Shown: positions 1 to 10,993, counted from the stretch's first letter. The stretch: 64,000 nt of DNA from Phycisphaerales bacterium (GCA_965227775.1 OZ245777.1:2880001-2944000); one strand, 5' to 3'. Notes: generated by a model from the sequence alone, not told the origin. Translations and numbers: made by a program.

Positions 1-1593
1 CGTACGGCTTGGGCGCCCCTGGCGTTGGGATCGATCGGGAACGGGCTGACCGTTCTCATCGAGCGTAAACCCAACGGTCTGCAAGCGACCCTGGTCCCAC
101 GGCTGCTTGAGCACCTCGCCCGGCTCGGGCGAACGCACGAGCACGACGTCTCCAGCGTTCAAGCCCGCCAAGACCTCGGCTTCGGTCTCGCTCCGGCGGC
201 CCAGTCGGATGGGCACACGCTCGTAACGGCCGCCGCTGGGCTTGTACACGTATCGAAGGCGGCCCTCGCTGAACACGGCCTGAACTGGGATCGTGAGAGC
301 CTCGTCAACGCGATCCATAATGATCGTCGCCTCGGCGCGCATGGACGGCTTCAGGTCCTTGGCGTGCTCGCCGGGCTCAAGAAGGATGCGAACGGTGTAC
401 TCACGCAGGTTCGGGTCACGCCAGTTGCCGCTCTCAGCAAGCACACCGATCGACTCGATCTTGCCTGGCAGGATCGTCGTGCCGAGCGCCTCGATCTGCA
501 CAGTCGCGGACTGCCCGGGCGTCAGCCTGCCAGCGAGCGACTCGTGCACGCGAACGGATGCGACCATTTCTGAGGTATCCGGGAGCACGATCAGCACTTC
601 GTTCGGAGAGACTTCCATGCCGGGCTCGGGCGGATCGTCGTTCCAACGGCCGCGACGGGTGCTCGAGTTGTACACAACAAGGCCGTCGTTGGGCGCGGTG
701 ATCTCGCAGTAGCTGAGCTGCTCACGGTGCTTGGCCAAGCGCTCTTCCCGGAGTTCGAGCTGCCGGCGAGCGTTCTTGCGGTTGGCGTCCTTACTGGCCA
801 GTTCGATGGCGTTCTGCTTGCGCACGCGATCGACCTTGGCCTCGGCCTCTTCGACATCGCTGGTGCGCCGCTTCTCATCACTGGGACGCTGGTAGTCGCG
901 GTAGGTGTACAGCGCCAACTCCGCCTGCTTCACGCGGGACTCGGCCTCGAGCAGTTGGATTTCCTCCTGGTCGAACTCGTTCTGGCTCTTGAAGTTACTT
1001 GCCAAGAGGAGCTTGCTCTGCTCGAACTTGTCCCGGAGGCGGTCGCGGTTGCGCGTCGCGCTGTCAAGATCGGCCTGCAGGCGCTCGATCTCTTTGGGGT
1101 CGTCGCCGTCGCGCCATTGCTGCAGCGCGAGACGTGCCAACTCCAATTCCAGGTTGGCAGCGCGAAGGTTTGATTCGTTATCGCTCACCTGGATGAGGTA
1201 GGCGTTCTCAGCGGCCTCGAGGTCGGCGCGGGCGGTCTCGACGCGGCTCTCTTCCTCTGTGATTTCCTGCTCGATCGACTCGCTGTTGAGTGTGAAGAGC
1301 ACTTCCCCCTTGCGGACGCGAGTGCCTTCATCGATGATCGTGGTGATCGTGGCGCGACTGTCGAGCTTGTTTCGAATTTCGACCTGCTGGCGAGCTTCGA
1401 GTTCGCCGGTCGCGATCGTCTGGATGTCGAAGTTGCGCACGGACGCCGAGACAACGTCCGCTGTGCGGACGCTTTCGACCTGGCTGAGCTGCGTCGTGGC
1501 GTACCACCCGCCGGCTCCTACGACGGCCAATGCCACGACGGCCCCTGCCGCCTTAATCAGGATGCCGCCGCGACTCATTCGTGCCTGTCCCAT
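1..1593 (-). CDS. HlyD/MacA-like efflux periplasmic adaptor (membrane fusion protein), runs off the left edge
   Basis: Not in the ORF track; translated by hand from ATG 1593: MGQARMSRGGILIKAAGAVVALAVVGAGGWY (TM anchor), ATGELEA..IIDEGTRVRKGEVLF (lipoyl-like half), long coiled coil, ITAPNDGLVVY, LKPSMRAEATI, TIPVQAV, VLAGLNAGDVV. Confidence 0.85.
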   Translation of the reverse strand, partial: MGQARMSRGGILIKAAGAVVALAVVGAGGWYATTQLSQVESVRTADVVSASVRNFDIQTIATGELEARQQVEIRNKLDSRATITTIIDEGTRVRKGEVLFTLNSESIEQEITEEESRVETARADLEAAENAYLIQVSDNESNLRAANLELELARLALQQWRDGDDPKEIERLQADLDSATRNRDRLRDKFEQSKLLLASNFKSQNEFDQEEIQLLEAESRVKQAELALYTYRDYQRPSDEKRRTSDVEEAEAKVDRVRKQNAIELASKDANRKNARRQLELREERLAKHREQLSYCEITAPNDGLVVYNSSTRRGRWNDDPPEPGMEVSPNEVLIVLPDTSEMVASVRVHESLAGRLTPGQSATVQIEALGTTILPGKIESIGVLAESGNWRDPNLREYTVRILLEPGEHAKDLKPSMRAEATIIMDRVDEALTIPVQAVFSEGRLRYVYKPSGGRYERVPIRLGRRSETEAEVLAGLNAGDVVLVRSPEPGEVLKQPWDQGRLQTVGFTLDENGQPVPDRSQRQGRPSRT

Positions 1594-1803
1594 CGGCCAC
1601 CTTCCCCAGATCATGATTTCGTCTGCAGCGGTCCTGACGCGAACCGAGCAATTGCCCTCTCGGACCGCCGATCCATCGGCACCGAGGGCGTAAAGACACT
1701 AGCGTTCAACAACCTGGAGCCCCAAATGGTTCCCACCCGTCGCCGGAAACCCTGAAAAACTTGGGCCGATCCGCAATGAGGCCCGCAAGCCCGCAAGACA
1801 CCG

Positions 1804-2517
1804 ATGGACGCATCTCCTCCCGAAAACCAAGGCCGACCCTGGCTTCTAACCGTCGCAGCTCGTGCGGAAGCGAAGGCAGTGCTCAATGGCTCAGAATCGT
1901 CACTGCCCGAGGAATGGGTTGCGACCCAGATCGGCGATCGGCTCGACGTGCTGATCACCGGGGTTGGCAAGGCCAACGCCGCAGCGGGCACCGCGACGGC
2001 GATGGCCGATGGCGGTTATTCGGCCGTGATCAACCTGGGCATTTGCGGCTCGCTGCCAATCGCCAGCCCATTGCAGATGGGCGATTCGATCGCCGCGACC
2101 CGATCGATCTATGCGGACGAGGGGCTCCAGCTACCCGACGGCTCGTTCGTTGGGTGTGCCGACATGGGGTTTCCCCTTGGTCCGTTCGATGATTGGGGCG
2201 TCCGGGCCGACGCGAAGCTGCTCGATGCCTTCGCCGGCCATGTCTCGGTGACAGCTCCGATCGCCACGGTGTCGACGTGTTCTGGGACCGACGCGCTGGC
2301 AAGCTCGGTTATTGCCCGGACCTGGGCGGTGGCCGAGGCCATGGAGGGGGCTGCCGTGGGTCATGTTGCCAGCCGGCTGGGGGTGCCATTCATCGAGCTG
2401 CGAGTCGTGAGCAACACCACCGGCGACCGCGACCGCCAGGTTTGGTCGATCGGGCCGGCACTACAGCGGGTCGGAGAACTCGCGCACATCGTCCGAAAAG
2501 CAGCCGCTGACCGATAA
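1804..2517 (+). CDS. mqnB: Futalosine hydrolase (menaquinone futalosine pathway), PNP/MTAN fold
   Basis: ITGVGKANAA, INLGICG, TVSTCSGT, EAMEGAAV, ELRVVSNTTGDRD motifs. Confidence 0.8.
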   Translation: MDASPPENQGRPWLLTVAARAEAKAVLNGSESSLPEEWVATQIGDRLDVLITGVGKANAAAGTATAMADGGYSAVINLGICGSLPIASPLQMGDSIAATRSIYADEGLQLPDGSFVGCADMGFPLGPFDDWGVRADAKLLDAFAGHVSVTAPIATVSTCSGTDALASSVIARTWAVAEAMEGAAVGHVASRLGVPFIELRVVSNTTGDRDRQVWSIGPALQRVGELAHIVRKAAADR

Positions 2518-2701
2518 CGGCGCGATTCGTCGGATCATGACGAATGCGCGGCTCGGGCAGGACGGGCCGGAGCGCCAACCACTACACGTCCGCTGAATTT
2601 GGGCATCGGAAGGGCCGATTCCATGGGCTACGGCGTTGGAATTGCGCGGTCGTGCTGCGCGTGCCGGGAATTGGGCCGTTCGGGCAGGCCAGGGGGCCTT
2701 T

Positions 2702-4000
2702 GTGGGCATCTCGCTGAAAACACTCTCGGCCATCGGATCGACGCGCCTCATGGGCGGGTCGTTGTCGCCGATCGCGTTCGAGTTCGGCACTGCCGAGCTG
2801 AAGGTGCTGCAGATCGCACTGGGCCAGAGCCCTCAGCTCGTGGCGGCTGCCGCGCTCGAGATGCCGTCGCGCCTGCGGCGCGACGCGCAAGCAAGGCTCG
2901 CGTTCCAGATCGAAGCCCTGCCCAAGATGGTGAAGGCCGGCGGCTTCAAGGGCAAGCGAGCGGTGTGCTCCATGCCAAGCGCGATGTCGTTTTGCAAGCA
3001 CCTGAAGATCGTCAAGGCCGATGGCGTGGCAATGGACACGCTCGTGCGCGCCAAGATCCAGGGCGCGATGGGCTGCGATCCCAACGCGCTGGTCTACCGG
3101 TGGGTACCGGTCGAGAGCGGGACGCCCGGCAGCCGCGGAGAAGTCATTTGCATGGGCGCGGGTCGAGACGTGATCCAACGCCTAATGCGCGGGCTGAAGG
3201 CCGCGAAGCTGGAGCCCGTCGCGATGCACAGCGACTTCCAGGCGATTCTGACGGCCATGCACGCCTGCACCCGGCACCTCGAAGACCATGAGGACAAGCC
3301 CACGCTCTATCTCGAACTCGGTGCCGGCGGATCGCGCGTACTGGTCGGTGATGGTGAGCGCCTGGCATTCGCCAAGTTCGTCGAGATCGGCGGCAAGCAC
3401 CTGGATGAGGCGATCGCTCGCGAGCAGAACATCGACATGGAGATGGCCCGCTCGACGCGGCTGAATCTGCAAACGCTCGTGCCCGAGGCCACCAAGGCCG
3501 TCGCCGCGGCCGCATCGGCGGCCAGCAAGGACGAGAGCGTGGACCGCGCGGGTTCGGGCCTGGCAATGCTCGAGGCGGCGCTCAAGCGCTCTCGCGCGAC
3601 ACCCAGCAGCGAAGACAACGGCGGCAGCGCCGTGATGGCCGCACTCGACGAGAGCGCTGTGGGCATGGAAACACTCGACGAGACGATGTCTCGAACCGGC
3701 ACCGACCTGACCGAGCCGCTGGAGATCTTGACCGACGAGGTCCAGATGTGCGTCCGGTATTACAACGGGCTGTGCCCCCAGCGGAAGATCGAGCGGGTTG
3801 TGTTCCTGGGCGGCGAGTCTCGCCAGATGGCCCTGTGCACGCACATCGCGCGGCGGCTGAACCTGCCGGCACAGGTAGCAGACCCGCTGGCGCGAGTTAC
3901 TCGGACCGGCAATGAGCCCTGTGTCGGCACGGACCTCAGCGGAAGCCAGCCCGGATGGGCCGTGGCGCTTGGCTTGTGCCTGCGCCCAACCGATCTTTGA
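2702..4000 (+). CDS. pilM: PilM-like actin-fold type IV pilus alignment protein (start uncertain, ORF open from 2636)
   Basis: PIAFEFGTAELKVLQ, LYLELGAGGSRV, IGGKHLDEAIA, FLGGES, WAVALGLCLR; first gene of an M-N-O-P-like run. Confidence 0.75.
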   Translation: MGISLKTLSAIGSTRLMGGSLSPIAFEFGTAELKVLQIALGQSPQLVAAAALEMPSRLRRDAQARLAFQIEALPKMVKAGGFKGKRAVCSMPSAMSFCKHLKIVKADGVAMDTLVRAKIQGAMGCDPNALVYRWVPVESGTPGSRGEVICMGAGRDVIQRLMRGLKAAKLEPVAMHSDFQAILTAMHACTRHLEDHEDKPTLYLELGAGGSRVLVGDGERLAFAKFVEIGGKHLDEAIAREQNIDMEMARSTRLNLQTLVPEATKAVAAAASAASKDESVDRAGSGLAMLEAALKRSRATPSSEDNGGSAVMAALDESAVGMETLDETMSRTGTDLTEPLEILTDEVQMCVRYYNGLCPQRKIERVVFLGGESRQMALCTHIARRLNLPAQVADPLARVTRTGNEPCVGTDLSGSQPGWAVALGLCLRPTDL

Positions 4001-4027
4001 ACAGGCACGGAGCTACGGAGGATCGTC

Positions 4028-4915
4028 ATGCTCGGACCATCCAGCGATCAGAACAAGCAGGGCGGCGCCCTGGGTGGGGGATTCCTGCCCGAGGACTACG
4101 TCCAGCGGAAGGCCGAGGGCCGAGCGAACATTATTGGCCTCACGCTGTTCTGCGCTGTGATGGGCACGGTCGTGGCGGCGTTCTTTGTCACCAACCGAAA
4201 CTGGAAGTCGGTGCACGACGAGCGCGAGGCAATCGCGGTGCAATACACCGCCGCTGAGCCCGAGATCGAGCTGCTCATCAAGCTGGAAGAGCAGAAGGAG
4301 CAGATGCTCCAAAAGGCCGAGATCGTCACGGCGCTCATCGAGCCCGTACCCCGCAGCATCCTGATGGCCGAACTCGTCACGAGGATGCCCGAGGAGATGA
4401 CGCTCCTGACCGTCGAGCTCAAGGGCCGCCGGGTCGCTGAGGCAACGTCCACGAAGGAAGACGACAAGAGCAAGCGGCGCACGAGCGTTCGCGGGCGGAA
4501 GGCCGGTTCACTCGGCGGCACCAAGACCGGCGCCACCGCGGGTGACGCGGAGAAGAAGAGCATCCTGCCCCCGCGATACGAGTACACGCTCACGCTGATC
4601 GGTGTGACGACCAAGAACGAGGACATCTCCGACTACATGGATGGCCTCAAGCTCTCACCGCTGCTCCGGCGCGTTGATCTAAAGCAGGTCGATAGCCAGA
4701 AGATGAACGACCGGCAGCTGCGCAAGTTTGAGATCGTCGCCGAGATCGATCCGCGTGCGGACGCACGCGGCATCGAGCCCCTGACCTCGCCCGAGGCCAT
4801 GGCTGGTGGCGCATCCACGACCGACGAGTCGGGCGAGGAAGAGAGCCCCATCGACGATGGTGGCGAGGGCGGCGAGGCACTCGCCATCGAGCCCGATAGC
4901 GGAGAGGGGCAGTAA
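4028..4915 (+). CDS. pilN: PilN-like protein
   Basis: N-terminal FLPEDY (NLLP-like PilM-binding motif), single TM, coiled coil, LVTRMPEEMTL ferredoxin-like domain. Confidence 0.7.
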   Translation: MLGPSSDQNKQGGALGGGFLPEDYVQRKAEGRANIIGLTLFCAVMGTVVAAFFVTNRNWKSVHDEREAIAVQYTAAEPEIELLIKLEEQKEQMLQKAEIVTALIEPVPRSILMAELVTRMPEEMTLLTVELKGRRVAEATSTKEDDKSKRRTSVRGRKAGSLGGTKTGATAGDAEKKSILPPRYEYTLTLIGVTTKNEDISDYMDGLKLSPLLRRVDLKQVDSQKMNDRQLRKFEIVAEIDPRADARGIEPLTSPEAMAGGASTTDESGEEESPIDDGGEGGEALAIEPDSGEGQ

Positions 4916-4916
4916 C

Positions 4917-5453
4917 ATGAAGTTCGGCGTACGAGAGTTCGTGCTCTTGCTGGTGCTTTTTGCGGTACCGCTGGCGAGCTACTGGTTCGTCTTCAGGCCG
5001 CAGAACACGCAGATCGAGCGTGCACGCGAAGAAATCGCCCTACGGCGAGACAAGCTGGAGAAATTGCAGCAGGAGAGCGCCCGCCGCGGCACGCTCGAGG
5101 CGGCGACAAACCAGATCGCCGAGCGCATCGAGTCCATCGAGGCCCGACTGCCGACGAACAAGGAACTGTCGGGCGTTGTCCGCCAGATCTCGGAACTCGC
5201 CAGCGAAGCGGGGCTGCAGCAGCCGGCGATCGTGGCCGAGAAGCCCGTGAAGGCGTCGCTCTACATGGAGCAGCCGCTGAAGATCGAGATGACCGGTGAT
5301 TTCCGGGGCTTCTACAAGTTCCTGCTCGAGCTCGAACGTCTCGACCGCATCACCCGGCTGCCCGAGATGACCATCCGCCGTTCTGACAAGGTCGACGGGC
5401 ACATGGTGGCCGAATTCACGCTGAGCATCTACTTCCAAGACGAGGAGGCCTGA
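4917..5453 (+). CDS. pilO: PilO-like protein
   Basis: ATG 4917; TM, coiled coil, RLPTNKEL, YMEQPLKIEMTGDFRGFYKFLLELERLDRI typical of PilO. Confidence 0.8.
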   Translation: MKFGVREFVLLLVLFAVPLASYWFVFRPQNTQIERAREEIALRRDKLEKLQQESARRGTLEAATNQIAERIESIEARLPTNKELSGVVRQISELASEAGLQQPAIVAEKPVKASLYMEQPLKIEMTGDFRGFYKFLLELERLDRITRLPEMTIRRSDKVDGHMVAEFTLSIYFQDEEA

Positions 5454-6058
5454 TGAACACCGATCCGTCGATGGTGCCCGAGCAATCGAGCGAGGAAGCG
5501 CCGGCCGCTGAGTCGTATGCGCCGAACCCCAAGAAGCGGCTACCGATCCAGGTCGCCATCTTGAGCAGCGTGCTCGTTGTTGCCGGCGGCGTGCTCTACT
5601 GGATGCACCACCGCGGCACCGCGCCCGCGAAGCTGCTCAAGCCCGTGGAGATGCGCTACACGATCGAGCAGACCCAGGCTCGGCACTACGAGGGCGAGGA
5701 TCGCATCATGAAGTCGCTGGCCAAGGCCGGCCCGCCACCGCAGATCCCGCTGGAGGAGATCGACGACAACCCCTTCCGTCTCGAGCGTGCGCCCGAAACA
5801 GAGGACCCGATCATTCCTGTTGAGCGTGCGCCGCAGCGCGACCAGATGCTTGTGCAGGCCGAGCAGATCCTGAATTCAATGAACATCGAGATGGTGCTCA
5901 ACAGCGAAACCCGGCCGCTCGCCAAGATCAATGGCCGGGTGTACCAGGTGGGCGAGAAGGTCGACGGTGTGCTCGAGATCGTCTCGATCTCCGGGCGCTC
6001 GGTGACCTTCCGGGCCAAGACGCTGATGCGCACGGTCGAGATGAAGGGCAACAACTGA
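5453..6058 (+). CDS. PilP/GspC-like single-TM protein
   Basis: Start overlaps the pilO stop; TM, NPF motif, LAKINGRVYQVGEKV..IVSISGRSVTF beta-sandwich. Confidence 0.55.
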   Translation: MNTDPSMVPEQSSEEAPAAESYAPNPKKRLPIQVAILSSVLVVAGGVLYWMHHRGTAPAKLLKPVEMRYTIEQTQARHYEGEDRIMKSLAKAGPPPQIPLEEIDDNPFRLERAPETEDPIIPVERAPQRDQMLVQAEQILNSMNIEMVLNSETRPLAKINGRVYQVGEKVDGVLEIVSISGRSVTFRAKTLMRTVEMKGNN

Positions 6059-6083
6059 CCCTGGTGCCGGGGATGCGACCGCG

Positions 6084-8093
6084 ATGAGCAAGTACAACAT
6101 CGACGACATCCTCAGCGAGTTGACCGACTCGGGCGGGGGAGACGACACGTCTAAGAAAAAGGGCAAGGCCGCCCGCCACCGCATCGATGAGTCGGAGCAG
6201 GCGTTCAGCCCGCTGCCCTCGATGCCCGCCCACCAGGGCGAGAAGGGTCGCGCCTCGGTCGAGCACGACCCCGCGGTGAAGCAGAAGCCGCAGGGCGCAC
6301 CCGATGCTCGCGTCGGTAAGGCCATCAGCGACGTCTACGCGCCAGACGCCGAGTCGCCGGGTGATGAGTACGACACAACCGAACTCGCCCAGCGTCTGAT
6401 CGATAAGGGCGCCGTCTCGGCCGAGGACATGTCCCAGGCCCAAGCGATCGTCAAGCAGACGCCCGGGAAGCGACTCGTTGAGGTACTTCTCGAGCGCGGC
6501 GCCGACGAGGTGGCAGTCCAGCGGTGCGTAGCCGAGAACGCGGGCCTCTCGTTCGAGCGTATTGATCTCGACCTGGGTCTCGATGGCGGCTTCGACGGGA
6601 CCATGCTGCAGCGCCTCGGCGGCGACTTCTGCCGCGACCATCTCGTGCTGCCTCTGAGGACCGAGGGCCAGCGTGCGGTTGTTGGCGTGGTTCGTCCCGA
6701 CGACGTCTTCCTGTTTGATGAGCTCCGCGAGATGCTGGGCGTTGTTGGCGTCAAGATCATCGTGGTCACCAGCTTCGACATTCGCGGTGCGCTCGAAGTT
6801 GCCGGCATGGGCGAGCATGAGGAGCAGCCCGAGGACGTCGACCTCAACGAGATCCTCGATCAGGTCGACGAGCAAGACGTCCAGGTCGAGAAGAGCGACA
6901 GCCAGGAGGTCGATCTGGAGCAGAAGGCCGGCGAGAGCCCGGTCATCCGCTACGTGAACTACATCATCCAGCAGGCCATCAAGGACGGCGCGAGCGATAT
7001 CCACATCGAGCCGGCCGACAAGAAGCTCAAGGTGCGTTTCCGCATCGACGGCGTGCTCTTCGAGGCGATGAACCCGCCGGCGTCGATGTCGGCAGCGATC
7101 ACAAGCCGCCTGAAGATCATGGCGAACCTCGACATCTCCGAGCGCCGCGTGCCGCAGGATGGTCGTATCCGCTGCGTCGTTGCCGGGCGCAAGCTCGATC
7201 TTCGCATGTCGACGCTGCCCAACACGTATGGCGAGAAGACCGTCATGCGTATCCTCGACACCAAGAGCATCAACGTGCAACTCGAGGATCTTGGCTTCAG
7301 CGAGGACGCGCTGCAGGTCTGGCGAGGGCTTGTGACCGCCCCGCACGGTATCACGCTGGTGACCGGCCCGACCGGTTCGGGTAAGACGACCACGCTGTAC
7401 GCCTCGCTGCGCACGCTCGACAAGAACAAGATGAACATCTCGACCGTCGAGGATCCGGTGGAGTACCACCTCGACGGCGTCACGCAGACGCAGACGCACG
7501 AGAAGATCGGCATGACGTTCGCCAAGGCCCTCAAGGCCTTGCTGCGTCAGGACCCCGACGTCATCATGCTGGGCGAGATTCGCGACATGGAGACCGCCAT
7601 GACGGCGGTGCAGGCTGCTCTGACGGGCCACTTGGTGCTGAGCACGCTGCACACCAACGATGCGCCCTCGAGCATTACGCGTCTGGTGAACATCGGGCTC
7701 GAGCCGTTCCTCGTCGGCGCTGCCGTAAACGGAGTGCTGGCACAGCGCCTGCTCCGCCGGCTCTGCAAGCACTGCAAGGCCGAGGAGCGCCCCAGCGAGG
7801 AGATGTCCGAGTACCTCGAGATGCAGGGCATGGCCACAGACAAGATATGGACGGCCAAGGGCTGCGACAAGTGCCGCGGCACGGGCTACTCGGGCCGTGT
7901 GGGCATCTACGAGTTGCTCGCGGTCGACGATCGGCTCCGCGACGTCGTTGCCGGCAATCCCAACGTCAGCGAGTTCCGGCGAATGTGCCTGGAGCGGGGC
8001 ATGGTGTCGCTCCGCATGGACGGCATGAACAAGGTCAAGCAGGGCCTGTCGACCGTCCAGGAAGTGCTCCGCGTGACCGACGGCGGCCACTAA
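6084..8093 (+). CDS. GspE/PulE/PilB family assembly ATPase
   Basis: ASDIHIEP, Walker A GPTGSGKTTT, LRQDPDVIMLGEIRD, TGHLVLSTLHTND, CKHC..CDKC zinc motif. Confidence 0.95.
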   Translation: MSKYNIDDILSELTDSGGGDDTSKKKGKAARHRIDESEQAFSPLPSMPAHQGEKGRASVEHDPAVKQKPQGAPDARVGKAISDVYAPDAESPGDEYDTTELAQRLIDKGAVSAEDMSQAQAIVKQTPGKRLVEVLLERGADEVAVQRCVAENAGLSFERIDLDLGLDGGFDGTMLQRLGGDFCRDHLVLPLRTEGQRAVVGVVRPDDVFLFDELREMLGVVGVKIIVVTSFDIRGALEVAGMGEHEEQPEDVDLNEILDQVDEQDVQVEKSDSQEVDLEQKAGESPVIRYVNYIIQQAIKDGASDIHIEPADKKLKVRFRIDGVLFEAMNPPASMSAAITSRLKIMANLDISERRVPQDGRIRCVVAGRKLDLRMSTLPNTYGEKTVMRILDTKSINVQLEDLGFSEDALQVWRGLVTAPHGITLVTGPTGSGKTTTLYASLRTLDKNKMNISTVEDPVEYHLDGVTQTQTHEKIGMTFAKALKALLRQDPDVIMLGEIRDMETAMTAVQAALTGHLVLSTLHTNDAPSSITRLVNIGLEPFLVGAAVNGVLAQRLLRRLCKHCKAEERPSEEMSEYLEMQGMATDKIWTAKGCDKCRGTGYSGRVGIYELLAVDDRLRDVVAGNPNVSEFRRMCLERGMVSLRMDGMNKVKQGLSTVQEVLRVTDGGH

Positions 8094-8108
8094 TGCAACC
8101 CCAGTAAG

Positions 8109-8142
8109 TTGACCGCAGCAGCCGCGATGCTATATTTGCATC
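8109..8142 (+). promoter_or_regulatory. Sigma70-type promoter of the ars operon with overlapping palindromic operator
   Basis: TTGACC (8109-14), N16, extended -10 TGcTATATT (-10 at 8131-36); inverted repeat GATGC-N7-GCATC 8126-8142 abutting the ATG. Confidence 0.6.
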
Positions 8143-8535
8143 ATGGCGTCACTATCCCAATCTCAAAGCCCTGCCTCACCCCGCCAGGCGGCCCGCCGCC
8201 GGGCGGCCGTCGACGGCTTGCTCGACCCAGACCTGTTCAAGGCCCTGGGCGACCCGACCCGCGTGCTGCTGCTCCGCTGCCTCATGAAGTGCAAGCGGGC
8301 CTGCTCGGTGAGCGAGGTCGCCGAGTGCTGCGACGTGGACTTCTCCGTCGTGGCCCGGCATCTCTCCCTGCTTGCCCGGGCCGGCGTGCTGGAGGCCAGG
8401 AAGGAGGGCCGCACGGTGTGGTACACGCCCCAATGCGATGATCTCTCTCAGACCTTCCGGTCGCTCGCCGATGCCATCGACGATTGCACCCCCGCTGCCT
8501 CGTGTTGCGACACCGATTGCTGCGAGGAGGGCTGA
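8143..8535 (+). CDS. arsR: ArsR/SmtB family metalloregulator
   Basis: FKALGDPTR, SVVARHLSLLARAGVL..RKEGRTVWY winged HTH; Cys-rich; heads the ars cluster. Confidence 0.9.
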   Translation: MASLSQSQSPASPRQAARRRAAVDGLLDPDLFKALGDPTRVLLLRCLMKCKRACSVSEVAECCDVDFSVVARHLSLLARAGVLEARKEGRTVWYTPQCDDLSQTFRSLADAIDDCTPAASCCDTDCCEEG

Positions 8536-8536
8536 C

Positions 8537-8988
<452 letters not shown>

Positions 8989-8992
<4 letters not shown>

Positions 8993-10083
8993 GCGAGCCA
9001 GCGTGCGTTACCGCACCTTGCAAGCGGCTGGGCGTGCTCGACCGTTTCCTCACGCTATGGATCTTCCTGGCGATGGCTGCTGGTGTAATCATCGGCAAGT
9101 TTGCCGGCGGCGTGCCCGAGGCGCTCGACTCGATGACCGTCGGAACGACCAACATCCCCATCGCCATCGGGCTCATCCTCATGATGTATCCGCCGCTGGC
9201 CAAGGTCCGCTACGAGAAGCTGCCTGAGGTGTTCAAGGACTGGAAGGTCCTCGTGCTCTCCCTGGTCCAGAATTGGGTCGTCGGCCCGGTCCTGATGTTC
9301 GTGCTTGCGGTTATCTTCCTGCGTGACCAGCCCGAGTACATGACCGGGCTCATCCTGGTCGGGCTGGCGCGCTGCATCGCGATGGTGCTCGTCTGGAACG
9401 AGCTTGCGCGAGGCAGTAGTGACTACGCCGCGGGTTTGGTGGCATTCAACAGCATCTTCCAGGTGCTCTTCTTCGGCGTGCACGCCTGGGTATTCATCAC
9501 CTACCTGCCGCCGCTGCTCGGGCTCGAGGGCAACGTGGTCGACGTCTCGATGGCCGAGGTGTTCCAGAGCGTGCTGATCTACCTCGGCATCCCCTTCTTC
9601 GCAGGCATGCTCACTCGATTTGTGCTTCGGCCGATCAAGGGCGAGTCGTGGTATAGCGGCGTGTTCATCCCCAGGATCGCTCCGATTACACTCGTCGCGT
9701 TGCTGGCGACGATCGTGCTGATGTTCTCGCTGCAGGGCGAGCGCATCGTCGAGTTGCCGTTCGACATCGTTCGCATCGCCATTCCGCTCACGATCTACTT
9801 CGTCGTGATGTTCCTTGTGAGCTTCTTGATGGCCCGCAAGGTCGGGGCCGACTACCCCAGAGCCGCAACGCTCGCGTTCACCGCGAGTGGCAACAACTTC
9901 GAGCTCGCCATCGCCGTAGCGATCGCCGTCTTTGGCCTGGGTTCGGGCGTGGCGTTCGCCACCGTCGTTGGCCCGCTGGTCGAGGTTCCGGTCCTCATCG
10001 GGCTCGTCTCGGTCTCGCTCTGGCTCGGCAGGCGTCTGTACTCCAACAACCCCACCGACAATCCCCAAGGAGATGTTCAATGA
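8989..10083 (+). CDS. acr3: ACR3 family arsenite efflux transporter
   Basis: [59 protein letters not shown] overlap with arsC. Confidence 0.95.
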
Positions 10084-10952
10084 CCACCACCGATCCCAAC
10101 GCAGCGCGAGAGAACGTGTTGAAGGGCTACACGAAGATCGCACAAGACGGGCAGTGGTCGGGCGTGCAGGCGAACGACGCCCAGGGCTCGTGCTGCGGCG
10201 GTGGCGGCTGCTGCGGCCCCACGACGCTCACCGCCGACCAGCTCGCCAGCGCCGTCGGATACGCGCAGGGCGACCTCTCGGCTCTACCCGAGGGCGCGAA
10301 CATGGGACTCTCGTGTGGCAACCCCACCGCCATCGCCGCCCTCCAGCCCGGCGAGACGGTGCTCGACCTTGGCAGCGGCGGCGGGATGGACTGCTTCCTT
10401 GCGGGCCCGCGCGTCGGCCAGACCGGCCATGTCATTGGCGTCGACATGACGCCCGACATGCTGGCCAAGGCCCGCCGAAACGTCGAGAGCTACGAGCACC
10501 AGAGCGGCCTTCGCAACGTCGAGTTCCGTCTGGGCGAGATCGAGCACCTGCCCATCGCCGACGCGAGCATCGACGTGGTGCTGAGCAACTGCGTGATCAA
10601 TCTCTCGGTCGACAAAGCACAGGTGTGGCGCGAGGTTGCCCGTGTCCTCAAGCCCGGCGGCCGCGTCGCCATCAGCGACCTCGCGCTGGCCAAGCCGCTG
10701 CCCGAGTCGGTCGTGGCCGATCTGGAAGCGCTCGTTGGTTGCGTGGCCGGGGCCGATCTCATCGAGACGATCCGCCGCGACATGGAAGCCGCCGGCCTCA
10801 CGCACATCGAGCTGACGAGCAAGCCCGAGTACGTCGACGCCATGACGACCTGGCAGGACCCGTTGTACCAGAAGATCATCGCCGCGCTGCCTGGGGGCTC
10901 GAAGGTGAGCGAGTACGTGACAAGCCTGGACATCGCCGCCCGCAACGCATGA
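10080..10952 (+). CDS. arsM: Arsenite S-adenosylmethionine methyltransferase
   Basis: GSCC..CC N-terminus, [32 protein letters not shown]. Confidence 0.92.
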   Translation: MTTTDPNAARENVLKGYTKIAQDGQWSGVQANDAQGSCCGGGGCCGPTTLTADQLASAVGYAQGDLSALPEGANMGLSCGNPTAIAALQPGETVLDLGSGGGMDCFLAGPRVGQTGHVIGVDMTPDMLAKARRNVESYEHQSGLRNVEFRLGEIEHLPIADASIDVVLSNCVINLSVDKAQVWREVARVLKPGGRVAISDLALAKPLPESVVADLEALVGCVAGADLIETIRRDMEAAGLTHIELTSKPEYVDAMTTWQDPLYQKIIAALPGGSKVSEYVTSLDIAARNA

Positions 10953-10993
10953 TTCGATCGGTGGCCGCGATCCAGCCGCGCTAGACTCGCCGC

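Noticed and set aside
25..1693. Short ORFs listed at the window start
   Set aside because: All are explained by the unlisted minus-strand efflux adaptor gene that runs off the edge.
5928..8090. 720-aa antisense ORF over the ATPase
   Set aside because: Shadow ORF on the strand opposite a conserved gene, expected from high-GC codon bias.
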